Positions 27,651 through 37,245 of a stretch of DNA of 64,000 bases are shown here, piece by piece. The translations under genes and the position numbers were made by a program. Location of the stretch: NCBI GenBank assembly GCA_003135555.1, contig PLCF01000085.1, positions 32,001-96,000 of the forward strand, read 5' to 3'. Source of the stretch: Vulcanimicrobiota bacterium. GTDB lineage: Bacteria > Vulcanimicrobiota > Vulcanimicrobiia > Vulcanimicrobiales > Vulcanimicrobiaceae. The first letter of the stretch is position 1. Each line of letters starts with the position of its first letter. The notes beneath the pieces were generated by a model that saw nothing but the letters and a program-made list of their open reading frames with translations, was not told the origin of the DNA and searched no databases.

Positions 27651-27820
27651 TCGGGCGCTCATGTCGTGCGCCCGCGAAGTCGAACGCTCCTTAGCCGAAG
27701 GCCATTCGATGCACTTTCTGCATGAGGGCCGCATTGTCGAGCTACCGGCTTGCGCCGCGGGTCACCCGGCGGGCTGAGCTAAAGGCTCGACGAGCCGTCG
27801 GGCCGGTTTGGACACCGTTG

Positions 27821-27889
27821 GGTTCGGGCGATTTCGAGCTCGGCCCGCAGGGTTCGGGGGATTTGACCCCTTATCGTGATAGACCAACA
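27821..27889. repeat. End-like unit, copy 3
   Basis: GGTTCGGGCGATTT-16-GGTTCGGGGGATTT-4-CCTTATCGTGATA-GACCAACA. Confidence 0.85.
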
Positions 27890-27932
27890 TCCGAGTTGCG
27901 CAGTGCGATCTTAGAGGGGTGTAGATACGCTT

Positions 27933-29417
27933 ATGGGGTACGCCGGGCCGATCACCAACATCATCGTCGTGATGCTCGAGAACCGCTCGTACGACAACGT
28001 TCTGGGGATGCTGTACGCGCCCGGGAACCCCGCACCGTACGACAGCGCGCCGGCCGGCCAGCTGACGCTGGACGGCCTCCCACCGGACGCGTCCAACGTG
28101 GACCCCGTCACGGGTCTCGCCCTTAACGCTTGGGGTGGTCCCGGCGACTCGCCGACGATCCCCGAGACCGACCCTGGCGAACCGTTCTACGACATGGCGC
28201 AACAGATCCAGGGCGCCGCATTCAAAGAGGACGACAACCCATATTCGTCGAGTGCGACCGCGCCCATGGGCGGCTTCGTGGCGAACTACCGCGCGCAGTT
28301 CGCGGGCGGGCAGACGGCTAGCTCCGCCGGGATCGGGAACGTGCAGAACGCCGTACGCGACGTCATGCATGTCTACACGCCCTGGCTCATGCCGGTAACG
28401 GCATACCTCGCGCGCAACTTCATGGTCTGCGATGCGTGGTTTGCTTCGGCGCCGACGCAGACGTTCGCGAACCGGATGTTCGCGCACTGCGCCACTCCCG
28501 GCGGGTCGAGTACCGAAAGCTTTCTCGACGACTCGCAGTATCTGTTGACCTGGGCGGCAGGCGGGTTTGGGGCGAACAACGTGTTCGCCCAACTCGACGC
28601 CGTGCTCGGCGTGGGTGCTAAGCCGAACTGGAAGGTCTACTTTCACGACTACTCGATCAGCATGGGCCTAGTAAAGTACGTCAACGCGGCCGCCACGAGT
28701 GCGAGCAACATCAATGTTGCCAGCTACGATCAGTCGGACTATCCCGATACGTCGTCCCTGTGGCCCGTCGGCGCGTGGCCCAACACGTTTCTGGCCGACC
28801 TCGCGAACGGGACGTCACCGCCGTACTCGTTCGTCGAGCCGCGCTACAGCAACAGCTATCAGGATCTGCTCGATTCGTCGAAGCACGCCGTTCCCGGCCT
28901 GGCACCGAATTCGAATCATCCGGGGCTGGCGAACTTCACGACGAACGCGCTCCCGAACAACCCGCCGATCAGCGTCGTCAACGGTGAGCTGTTTCTGCTC
29001 GGCCTGTACTCCGCACTGCTCGCGAGTCCGCTGTGGAAAAGCTCGCTGCTCGTCATCCTCTACGACGAGCACGGCGGATTGTACGACCACGTGTATCCGC
29101 CGAGCGTCGCGGCGGCGGCGAGCAGCGCGATCCCGCCCGCGTCGTCTTCCTATGGAAACTTCGCCTTCAACATCTACGGTGGGCGCGTGCCCGCGATCAT
29201 CGTCTCGCCGTTCGTGACGGCCGGGAGCAGGCTGGTCTCGTCGGGTGCCCCGTTCGACCACACGTCGATCATCCGAACCGTCTGGGACTGCTTCAATCTG
29301 GACCAAGGCACGCACGGCGCCGCTTCCATCAACGCGTGGGATCTAAACGCGCCATCGATTCTGACCAAGTGCTCCACGACGATCGTCAACAACCCGCCAA
29401 AACCGCCATCGCTCTGA
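27933..29417 (+). CDS. Phosphoesterase (phospholipase C/AcpA-like) family protein
   Basis: VMLENRSYD, CDAWFAS.P..TFANR, YDEHGGLYDHV.PP, GGRVP, FDHTS. Confidence 0.9.
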   Translation: MGYAGPITNIIVVMLENRSYDNVLGMLYAPGNPAPYDSAPAGQLTLDGLPPDASNVDPVTGLALNAWGGPGDSPTIPETDPGEPFYDMAQQIQGAAFKEDDNPYSSSATAPMGGFVANYRAQFAGGQTASSAGIGNVQNAVRDVMHVYTPWLMPVTAYLARNFMVCDAWFASAPTQTFANRMFAHCATPGGSSTESFLDDSQYLLTWAAGGFGANNVFAQLDAVLGVGAKPNWKVYFHDYSISMGLVKYVNAAATSASNINVASYDQSDYPDTSSLWPVGAWPNTFLADLANGTSPPYSFVEPRYSNSYQDLLDSSKHAVPGLAPNSNHPGLANFTTNALPNNPPISVVNGELFLLGLYSALLASPLWKSSLLVILYDEHGGLYDHVYPPSVAAAASSAIPPASSSYGNFAFNIYGGRVPAIIVSPFVTAGSRLVSSGAPFDHTSIIRTVWDCFNLDQGTHGAASINAWDLNAPSILTKCSTTIVNNPPKPPSL

Positions 29418-29479
29418 CGCCGCACCGGAGGCTCCACCGGTTTCGATCATCGCAACGATTTGCGGGGGCCGCAGCTCGA

Positions 29480-30031
29480 CTACGTTTTCTTGCGCGTATA
29501 TTTGATCTCCACGCCCTTCCACTCCGGGACCGTGCCGAAGCTCAAGTAGCTCGACGCAATCATCGCGTTGGCCGAGATGGGTCCGATGACGGTGCGCTGG
29601 TGCCACGTGTCGGCGCCGATCGGGTAGTCCGCCTTCAGCTCGAACTGCTTCGTCGTCGCGTCGTAGCTGCCGGTCTCGGCGATGCGACTGGTGTTGGTGG
29701 TCGCGATGCGCGTAGCTTCGTACTGGTGCGTAGACGTATTGAAGCCGGTCCACGCGAGGGTCGTGAACGGCGTGCCGTTCAGCACGCCTTCGATCTTCTC
29801 TTCGACGAAGAGCCCGTCGAACAGCGGCCGGATCGTCGACGTGCCCTTGGTCAAAAGACCCGGGCCGCCGGGCCGAAACCAGAACGTCATTTCGACGTCC
29901 CAGGTGCCGACCATCGCGGCGAGGCGCGCATGCTCGGGGTCGGCCGGTGGGGCGGCGTTGGCGGTCGTCGCCGTCGCGATCGCGGTCGCGGCGACGAGTG
30001 CGGCAATCAACCAGACACGTGGACGGTTCAT
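29480..30031 (-). CDS. Secreted DUF1579-like protein
   Basis: Signal peptide, PEHARLAAMVGTWDV, EIKYTRK. Confidence 0.75.
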   Translation of the reverse strand: MNRPRVWLIAALVAATAIATATTANAAPPADPEHARLAAMVGTWDVEMTFWFRPGGPGLLTKGTSTIRPLFDGLFVEEKIEGVLNGTPFTTLAWTGFNTSTHQYEATRIATTNTSRIAETGSYDATTKQFELKADYPIGADTWHQRTVIGPISANAMIASSYLSFGTVPEWKGVEIKYTRKKT

Positions 30032-30157
30032 CGGACAGCAACTCCTCAGGCCACACGAGCATGGGCGTCGACAAAGCTCTCGACGTACGCGTTTTCAACC
30101 GGCGTGCCCTGGCGCAGGGGCAAGGGAACCAGCGGCGTCCTCGATTAAGAGCCTGCC

Positions 30158-31933
30158 ATGAGGCGCGTTGCCTGGCGTCCGGTGCTGCTGGCGATTTGCG
30201 CGCTCGTGGCGCTCGTCCAAGTAGCATCCGTGCTCGACGTGATCGGGATGGGCGGCGCGCCGCCGTGGTGGGGCCGGCTGGGAGCTAGGATCGATGGCGC
30301 CGCGGGACCGGCGCATGTCGTGGTTCGCTCCGTCGAACCCGGGGGCCCGGCTGACCGTGCGGGCCTTCGTCGAGGCGATCTCATCGACATGCGCGCAAAC
30401 TCAGTTGTCGACCGTTTGGCGACGTTGAGTTTAGAGGCGCCGCTCAATGGGCGGCCGCTCGTCCTCGCGGTGCACCGGGGCTCGCTGCAAAAAGAGATTT
30501 CGCTCGTACCGGAGCCGGTTCCGGCTCAGCGATATTGGGACTTCTTGCTCGGTTCGCTGGGGAGCCTCTGGCTGCTGCTCTTTGCAGCTCTGATCGCGTG
30601 GCGCCGCGCCGACGTTCCCCAGATGCGACTGCTCTCGACGTGGTTAACCGTTTTTGTTCTCGTCGGCGCGACGACCGGTTTTGCGGCACCCTGGTCGTGG
30701 CCGTATGTCCTCTTCGGCGTCTTGAGCAGCCTAGCTTTGGCGTTGGTGCTCGCGCTGTGGGCGGCGTTCGCGAGCTGCTTCGCCCAGCCGCTCTCGCGGC
30801 CCCGTCGCATCGCGCAATGGCTGTGTTACGTGTTCGTCGCGATCTCGATCGCGAACTCGGGATTTTGGATTGCCGAAACGATCGACCCGCAGTTCCATCC
30901 GCTCCCGCCGACCCATGGGTTTGGGTGGCTCATTGCGTTTTTGGGCGCACTTGTGATGGCAGTGGTCTGCGGGGTGCTCGCAATTGCCGCATCCCGCGGA
31001 GTGGAGCGCCAGCGAGCGGTGTGGACGATCCTACCGCTAGCGGCCATCTATTGCTACTACACGGTGTTTGCGATTGCAACCTCGTCGTCGTCGTCATCCG
31101 CCGATTCCGATTTCTGGAGCATCGCGGCCAACCTGGTGATCCTCGTCGCTCCGCTCGCGCTGACGTACGCTGCACTCAGCCGCCGGCTGATCGACGTCGG
31201 TTTCTTCCTGAACCGCGCCGCCGTCTTCACCGTCGTTTCGACGATCGTGATCGGGACATTCGTGCTGGTCGAATGGGCTGCGAGCGAGTGGTTCGCACGT
31301 ACCGGTCGCACCGCCGGTACCGTCATCAGCATGGGCGTGGCGCTGGGCCTTGGATTCTCGATGCGCTACATCCACCGCTACGCCGATCGCTTCGTCGACC
31401 GCGTCTTCTTTCGAAAGCGGCATGAGGACGAAGCCGCGCTACGCCGCTTCGCGCACGAATCTTCCTATATCACCGACCGCTCCGTCTTGCTGCAGCGGGC
31501 GGTTCGTGAGGTCAAGGCACACACCGACGCCGCCGATGCGACGATCCTGGTCCAAAATGGAGAAGCGGTGTTTACGTCGGTCGCACAAACCGGCGCTGCT
31601 CTCACGAGCGCTAACGAGAACGACCCCGGCATCCTAGCCCTGCGCGCTTGGCACAAGCCGGTCGACCTGGGGTCGCTCGAGGATTCAGTGCTGCGCGGCG
31701 AGTTCGCTTTTCCGATGGTTTCGCGCGGCACGCTCGTGGGGGTCCTCATCTGTGAGGCAAAGCGCAACGGCGAAAGCTACGCACCCGATGAATCGGCGGC
31801 ACTGCTTGCGCTCGCACACGGCGTAGGCACGGCACTCGACGTCCTTTCCGCTCAACAAGACCGCCCCAACGAAGTCGTGCTCCGCGAGCTAGCCGAATTG
31901 CGTGAGGACGTGAAACGGATGATGCACAAGTGA
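30158..31933 (+). CDS. PDZ + multi-TM + GAF-like membrane sensor
   Basis: VEPGGPADRAGLRRGDLI (PDZ), about 9 TM segments, FPMVSRGTLVGVL...GESYAPDE (GAF-like). Confidence 0.8.
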   Translation: MRRVAWRPVLLAICALVALVQVASVLDVIGMGGAPPWWGRLGARIDGAAGPAHVVVRSVEPGGPADRAGLRRGDLIDMRANSVVDRLATLSLEAPLNGRPLVLAVHRGSLQKEISLVPEPVPAQRYWDFLLGSLGSLWLLLFAALIAWRRADVPQMRLLSTWLTVFVLVGATTGFAAPWSWPYVLFGVLSSLALALVLALWAAFASCFAQPLSRPRRIAQWLCYVFVAISIANSGFWIAETIDPQFHPLPPTHGFGWLIAFLGALVMAVVCGVLAIAASRGVERQRAVWTILPLAAIYCYYTVFAIATSSSSSSADSDFWSIAANLVILVAPLALTYAALSRRLIDVGFFLNRAAVFTVVSTIVIGTFVLVEWAASEWFARTGRTAGTVISMGVALGLGFSMRYIHRYADRFVDRVFFRKRHEDEAALRRFAHESSYITDRSVLLQRAVREVKAHTDAADATILVQNGEAVFTSVAQTGAALTSANENDPGILALRAWHKPVDLGSLEDSVLRGEFAFPMVSRGTLVGVLICEAKRNGESYAPDESAALLALAHGVGTALDVLSAQQDRPNEVVLRELAELREDVKRMMHK

Positions 31934-31961
31934 GGCGAAGCCGCATCCGCGGGATGACCGC

Positions 31962-32717
31962 TCATACCGCGGTCGTCCAAGCTGAGGGATTCTCGACGAG
32001 CGGGAACGCGAAGTCGAACTGCGCTACTCCCCACGTTCCGTCGGAGTGTCGGCGAACCGTCGCTACGGCTGGACTAGACGTGGGGTTGAGCTCGACGGCG
32101 TGGGCCTTGACGAACGGCGTCGCCCACGGGGCGTTCACCGCCGGTTCCCACGTAATGCGAATGCGCGCGGTGACGTCGTTGCGGTATGCTTTCCCGCCCT
32201 TGGACGGGCGCGATGCCCATGCGACGTCGCGGGCGTGCAATCGAGAGAAGCAGAGGTAGGGCCACGCCTCGACGTTGTTGCCAAGGTGGTTGTCTTCGTA
32301 GTAGTACCGCTCGCCCTCGCGGGTGAGGTGGTAGCGGAGCTGGCCGGGAAGCTCGTCTCGCGCGAGCAGACCCAGGCGAGTCAACTCGTCGAGGACGGCC
32401 CCGATTGCGGCCGCGTGGCGATCGTTGGTCCGGGCAGGCAAAACCGCAACCCAGAGGGCCTGGAGTGCAGCGCCCTTGTCGGTCACATCCGCGTTGTAGC
32501 CGGGGAAGTACCCGCGCCAGGGGCGGCTGTCTGGGAACCACCCGAGCGGGACGCACTCATGATACTGCGCGTCGATGGTCGACGCGAACTGCCGCAGCAC
32601 CGGCTGCGGCGCCGGCGCGGGCGCGTTGCCTCGCACGGCGATGACGATCACGTCGAGCAGGATGAGCAGGCCGAGCAGCGCGGGCGGGTTCGTGAGCAGG
32701 CGCCGCAGCGGCGTCAA
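31962..32717 (-). CDS. Hypothetical membrane-anchored protein
   Basis: 251 aa with N-terminal TM and PAPAP linker. Confidence 0.65.
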   Translation of the reverse strand: MTPLRRLLTNPPALLGLLILLDVIVIAVRGNAPAPAPQPVLRQFASTIDAQYHECVPLGWFPDSRPWRGYFPGYNADVTDKGAALQALWVAVLPARTNDRHAAAIGAVLDELTRLGLLARDELPGQLRYHLTREGERYYYEDNHLGNNVEAWPYLCFSRLHARDVAWASRPSKGGKAYRNDVTARIRITWEPAVNAPWATPFVKAHAVELNPTSSPAVATVRRHSDGTWGVAQFDFAFPLVENPSAWTTAV

Positions 32718-32725
32718 CGCGTCCG

Positions 32726-33100
32726 TTAGCCCGCTTTCAGTTGATGGAGACCGACCTTGTTACCCTCGGGATCTTCGAAGAACGCCATGCGACAGCTCGG
32801 ATAGTCGGCGACTTTCTCGTCGGCCGTTTTCGCATGCGTGCGCACGGCCTCGATCGTCGCGTCGACGTCATCGACCTCGAAAACGATGCCGTGATTCGTG
32901 CCGGCCGGCTGGTCGAAGAAGCCTACCGGCAACAAGCTGAACCAGTGATCGTTGCCGATGTCGAATTCGACGAACTCCGGCGCATCCTCGCTCGGATGCA
33001 CGCGCCCGACGCGCAGTCCGAGAACGTCCCGATAGAACCTGAACATCTTCGGCACGTCCGCGGCGGAGTACCACGTATAGGCAACAGATCGTACGGCCAT
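32726..33100 (-). CDS. VOC/glyoxalase family protein
   Basis: FYRDVLGL, IVFEVDDVD, FEDPEGN; AGGAGG RBS. Confidence 0.9.
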   Translation of the reverse strand: MAVRSVAYTWYSAADVPKMFRFYRDVLGLRVGRVHPSEDAPEFVEFDIGNDHWFSLLPVGFFDQPAGTNHGIVFEVDDVDATIEAVRTHAKTADEKVADYPSCRMAFFEDPEGNKVGLHQLKAG

Positions 33101-33157
33101 GCTAGCCTCCTGATGTGACCCTTCGTACCCAGCCCCGCCGATGTCCACACGATCTCT

Positions 33158-34528
33158 TCATGGTAGTGACGGGTTTCCAATTGTCGGCAGACTGCACAGC
33201 GCGTCGGTGTCCCGGCCATCTCTGCGATGCCTACAATAGTTGCGCAACTGCCCGAGTAAATCGCCCGCAGCGTTATCGTAGGAGCGCGGAACGGTCATCG
33301 TTGTCCCTGTATCACCTAATGTGATTCCGGACGTATTGCCCAAGAAATATGTCAAGACATATCCGGCCGTTGTTGCCCCGATGATCGTAGAAAAGGTAGG
33401 TGACATTGACGTTGAAATCGTGGGCGCCGCTTGCACCCACTTCGTCGATTGGTACGTGAGCCATATGCCAATCGGTAGGAACGAGACCCCCGAGCGGTAC
33501 GACTTGCCTTCGGCGTAACCATGCCATACGAGGTTGTTGGGGTACACTGAAGAGGAGGCGGTCGCGTCGGCATCGTCACGCTGGCACTTCAGCAGCGTAG
33601 CGGAGTACTTCACGTACGACCAGCCGCTAACTATCAATAGGGCGAACTGGCCTCCGTTCGTCGTTGTCGATGCATCGATCAGCAGTGCACCATAGGTGCC
33701 GCCCCCGTCGTCACGCGGTGGATCGGCCAAGCATTGGCTATAATAGTTTGACAGCGACCATTGCGTCGCCGGAATAACGAACGCGGGGTCGTCGTGGCCC
33801 GGCGGACTGAGCCGAATCGCAATGTCATAGAGCAGGAGAGCACTGGGATTGTCGATGCCGCCGGTTCCGATAGAAGATGTTGCGGCACCAGAAGTCGCGG
33901 GAGGCGTATTCCCGGCCCCCGTTTGGTTACCGCCGCCGCCCGAATTGCCTCCACCGGTCTGACCGCTTCCGCCTCCGGACCTACCGCCGCCGGACGCCCC
34001 GGCGGAGCCTTGCGAAGAACTCTGCAAGGCGGGGGTCGTTCCTCCAGCAGCCGGAGAGTTCATGATCACGTACAGCACAGGTCTCGTTGCATGAAAGGCG
34101 ACCGTCGGCGGCGGCAGCACCGCGGCCAATGCCGTTTCGGTCGCCACGCAACGTTCGAGTTGATTGAATAGAACGAAAATGTCGGACGCTGTTGGGTTGC
34201 AATCTGCCTGGCCGATGTTCCCGACTTGTGCTTTGATCAAGGACTTCGCAAAGCGCGGAACGGCATCGATGTCGTCTTTGCAAGCGCTGATTCTCGCTAT
34301 TAGAAACGCGCGCTTCTGCTGATCCGTAATTACTAGCTGAGTCGGCGGCGGCGTTGGCGCCGGTGAAGCAACAGGTGAAGCGACTTGAATGAGTTGAAAC
34401 GCGTTGTCTAAACTGCATATCGCCGCGGGCGGCGTCGTGAGCGCTTTCTGCGTATCCGCGATACAAACCGAAGGAATCATCGCGGACGACACCGTGGCGA
34501 AAACGAGAGCGATCCCAATGAATCGCAT
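33158..34528 (-). CDS. Hypothetical secreted protein with Pro- and Gly/Ser-rich linkers
   Basis: Signal peptide, spaced Cys, GGGSGQTGGGNSGGGG; GAGGTG RBS. Confidence 0.7.
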   Translation of the reverse strand: MRFIGIALVFATVSSAMIPSVCIADTQKALTTPPAAICSLDNAFQLIQVASPVASPAPTPPPTQLVITDQQKRAFLIARISACKDDIDAVPRFAKSLIKAQVGNIGQADCNPTASDIFVLFNQLERCVATETALAAVLPPPTVAFHATRPVLYVIMNSPAAGGTTPALQSSSQGSAGASGGGRSGGGSGQTGGGNSGGGGNQTGAGNTPPATSGAATSSIGTGGIDNPSALLLYDIAIRLSPPGHDDPAFVIPATQWSLSNYYSQCLADPPRDDGGGTYGALLIDASTTTNGGQFALLIVSGWSYVKYSATLLKCQRDDADATASSSVYPNNLVWHGYAEGKSYRSGVSFLPIGIWLTYQSTKWVQAAPTISTSMSPTFSTIIGATTAGYVLTYFLGNTSGITLGDTGTTMTVPRSYDNAAGDLLGQLRNYCRHRRDGRDTDALCSLPTIGNPSLP

Positions 34529-34712
34529 AGAGCACCTCACCTCTATCGTGCGTTGGGGAAACGGTCACCGGTGTAGAAACCGCGCATTGGTGAAGCTGAC
34601 GGTTGTTTCCTCCGTTCAGCGGACCGAGGGCCTGAGCGTGATGAGAACGCCGGGGCCTCGATGTTCCGGACTTCTTCGCAGCGACCGGACCAGCCGGCGC
34701 TACCGTATCGGC

Positions 34713-35273
34713 ATGGAGTTATCACACGATGGCCCAACCCCGGTGACGCGCCGAGCCAACCTCGGCAGCCGCTCGCTCCGCGCGGCTCTCGTGCAGAAGC
34801 GGCGCTCCACCGCGGCAGCAACCGATCTCGAAACCGCGATCCCGCATACGACGACCTGGCGGTTCGACTCCGGTGACGCTCACTCGGCGCGTGATTCGCG
34901 CATCGCGCTGACGCACTTCATACGGCGACACGCCGAACCCGGCGCGGACCTGTTCGCGACCGAGTTGATCCTCGGCGAGCTGCTCGCCAATACGGTCGAG
35001 CACGCGCCGGGATTCGTCGAAGTTCTCATCGAGTGGCCCGACGAGCAGCCGACCATCCGCGTCCGCGACGCGGGTCCGGGGTTCAAACTCCCGCGCCCCA
35101 GCCTTCCGGACGACCCGTACGACGAAAGCGGGCGCGGATTGTTCTTGATCCAGTCGCTGGCCCCGGACGTGCGCATCGGCCCCGCGCCGGGTTTCGGAAC
35201 CGAGATCAGCTTGACGCTCCCTGTCTCCCGCACGATGGATTCGCGGGATTTTGCGGCCGTGCGCGCTGCCTAA
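34713..35273 (+). CDS. RsbW-like HATPase (anti-sigma-type) protein
   Basis: ELLANTVEHA, VRDAGPG, ESGRGLFLI; start uncertain. Confidence 0.8.
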   Translation: MELSHDGPTPVTRRANLGSRSLRAALVQKRRSTAAATDLETAIPHTTTWRFDSGDAHSARDSRIALTHFIRRHAEPGADLFATELILGELLANTVEHAPGFVEVLIEWPDEQPTIRVRDAGPGFKLPRPSLPDDPYDESGRGLFLIQSLAPDVRIGPAPGFGTEISLTLPVSRTMDSRDFAAVRAA

Positions 35274-35295
35274 AGGCCGAGGTTTGCGCCCGCCT

Positions 35296-36387
35296 CTACT
35301 CGCGGTGTCCCAACGGGGGCGTGCCGTTGACGAAGGCGGGCGGGTTTCGGTCATCGAGCTCTGCATAGATCGAAAAGGCGCCGCTGCCGAGCCCGGTTAC
35401 GTCGCGATCCGTCGCGTACGTTCCCCCCGGTGCGACATCATCGGGACGCACGGTCAGGACCTGCAGTGCGCCGCCGGCGAGGGTGACGACCTGCGGCGTC
35501 GCGTTCACCAGCTTGACGCTTACCGGCGTGCGAATTCCGGCCAGGCCCCCGATCGCGATATGCACGGAGACGCGTTCGCCGCGCATCAAGCTGGTTTTCG
35601 GCGCGGAAAGCTTCAACGAAATGACGCTGCACGGTGCAATGACGGCGAGGCGGTTTTCGGTTAGCCGGTACTCGCTCGGGCCGGAGACATTCGGTGCCGG
35701 TGCGACGGCGAGTTTGCGCGGCGATTCGGCGAGCATCTCCGCGGGCTGTCCACCAATCGTCAACGTCGTGTTTGCGAGATCGCCATCGAAGGGACCGTGG
35801 ATCGCAAGCGGCTGCCCTGCCACGACGACCTCCGGGAAGCGGAAGTCTTGCGGCTGCGGCGACGTTCCGGGCCGAGGCTGTTGCGCGTGTGCGGAGAGCG
35901 TGACGCGGCCAACGGCCTTGCCCCGCGCATCCCGAAGGATGAGCTGCATGGTCGATGCGGTGTCCGGCACGCTGAACGTGAGGACAACCAGCGGCGTGGC
36001 TAACGCGCGATGCATGCCGCCGTTCGCCTTCCTCAGTCCGGCGTCGACCACGTACCCTTGCAGCACGGAAGCATTGGCACTGCGTTCGGCATCGGTGCGA
36101 CCGGCCGGTTCGGCAATGACCGTGCCGCTGATGGTGTCGCCGGCGGCCATGTCGTCCGGAAGGTTGACGCGAATGGTCCCCGCCGGGACGCTGAACGGCG
36201 TCGAAGTCATACCCGGCGCGGCCCCCGCCGGGCGCCCCGCGGGCGGCCCGCTGCTCTGCGCGGCGCCGCTACCGGCGACCGCAACGCTGCCGGCGATGCA
36301 CGAAATCAGAAAAACGGCGAGCCAACGCTGCGACAAGAGCGTGCCTCCCAACGATCGTCCGCGCCCAGTGTACTCCTCGGTCGCCAC
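35296..36387 (-). CDS. Hypothetical secreted Ig-like beta-rich protein
   Basis: 363 aa with hydrophobic N-terminus and beta-strand-rich body. Confidence 0.6.
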   Translation of the reverse strand: MATEEYTGRGRSLGGTLLSQRWLAVFLISCIAGSVAVAGSGAAQSSGPPAGRPAGAAPGMTSTPFSVPAGTIRVNLPDDMAAGDTISGTVIAEPAGRTDAERSANASVLQGYVVDAGLRKANGGMHRALATPLVVLTFSVPDTASTMQLILRDARGKAVGRVTLSAHAQQPRPGTSPQPQDFRFPEVVVAGQPLAIHGPFDGDLANTTLTIGGQPAEMLAESPRKLAVAPAPNVSGPSEYRLTENRLAVIAPCSVISLKLSAPKTSLMRGERVSVHIAIGGLAGIRTPVSVKLVNATPQVVTLAGGALQVLTVRPDDVAPGGTYATDRDVTGLGSGAFSIYAELDDRNPPAFVNGTPPLGHRE

Positions 36388-36489
36388 CCGGCAAAGACTA
36401 CAGGCTGGACGACGTGTACTTGGGCGTCTCTACCGCGGGGAATTCACGAGCAGGGCGTGGCGCCGGTAGCAGAAAAGCGACCGACCACG

Positions 36490-37245
36490 ATGGTCACGCA
36501 CGCCCTCTCCCGCCGTCTGGCCGCCGAGTTTTTCGGGACGTTCTGGCTCGTGCTGGGCGGATGCGGAAGCGCCGTCCTCGCGGCGGGCTTCCCGAAGCTG
36601 GGCATCGGCTTCGCGGGCGTCGCGTTGGCGTTCGGACTCACGGTGCTGACCGGCGCGTATGCCTTCGGGCCGATCTCGGGGGCCCATTTCAATCCGGCGG
36701 TTACGGTCGGGCTGTGGATCGCTCGCCGCATCCCTTCGCGCGACGTGCCGCCCTACGTCGTGGTCCAGGTGATCGGCGCGATCGTCGCGGCGGGAGTCCT
36801 GTACGCGATCGCGGCCGGCGCACCGGGCTTCAGCACGGCGGGCGGCTTCGCCGCCAACGGTTACGGCGATCACTCCCCGGGGATGTACTCGCTCGTCGCG
36901 TGCATCGTCTGCGAACTCGTCATGACGTTCATGTTCTTGATGGTCATCCTGGGGGCGACCGATGCGCGCGCGCCCGGCGGTTTCGCGCCGCTCGCGATCG
37001 GGCTCGCGCTCACGCTGATCCACTTGATCAGCATTCCGGTCACCAACACGTCGGTGAACCCCGCGCGCAGCACCGGGCCGGCACTCTTCGTCGGCGGTTG
37101 GGCGATCGAGCAACTGTGGATGTTCTGGCTCGTCCCGCTCGTCGGAGCCGCGCTCGCCGGCGCGATCTATCCGCGCGTGTTCGGCGCGCCGGGAATCGCC
37201 CCCGAAAAGCCGGCGCTCGGCGCCGACGGCAGCCCGGCGGGCTGA
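36490..37245 (+). CDS. aqpZ: Aquaporin Z
   Basis: [37 protein letters not shown]. Confidence 0.97.
   Translation: MVTHALSRRLAAEFFGTFWLVLGGCGSAVLAAGFPKLGIGFAGVALAFGLTVLTGAYAFGPISGAHFNPAVTVGLWIARRIPSRDVPPYVVVQVIGAIVAAGVLYAIAAGAPGFSTAGGFAANGYGDHSPGMYSLVACIVCELVMTFMFLMVILGATDARAPGGFAPLAIGLALTLIHLISIPVTNTSVNPARSTGPALFVGGWAIEQLWMFWLVPLVGAALAGAIYPRVFGAPGIAPEKPALGADGSPAG

Larger units (their letters stand above)
21255..27889. mobile_element. tRNA-Val-anchored genomic island (right boundary may extend to about 34.7 kb)
   Basis: Begins at the tRNA 3' end; visibly AT-richer; accessory genes; three repeated end-like units; no recombinase seen. Confidence 0.65.

Noticed and set aside
25176..27889. CRISPR array or integron attC interpretation of the three repeats
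   Set aside because: Spacing is 0.5-2 kb and irregular, no cas or intI gene is present, and no RYYYAAC...GTTRRRY palindromic attC structure is visible.
27953..27961. Additional ACCAACAT
   Set aside because: Lies inside the phosphoesterase coding sequence and lacks the upstream boxes.
25074..28646. Minus-strand ORFs 25074-25325, 27319-27564 and 27762-28646, two of which share MLVYH
   Set aside because: The shared peptide is simply the translation of the DNA repeat; the ORFs are otherwise unrelated and one is antisense to the phosphoesterase.
29438..29456. GGTTTCGATCATCGC as a degenerate tRNA-Val 3' duplicate (attR)
   Set aside because: Requires a gap and is too short to distinguish from chance.
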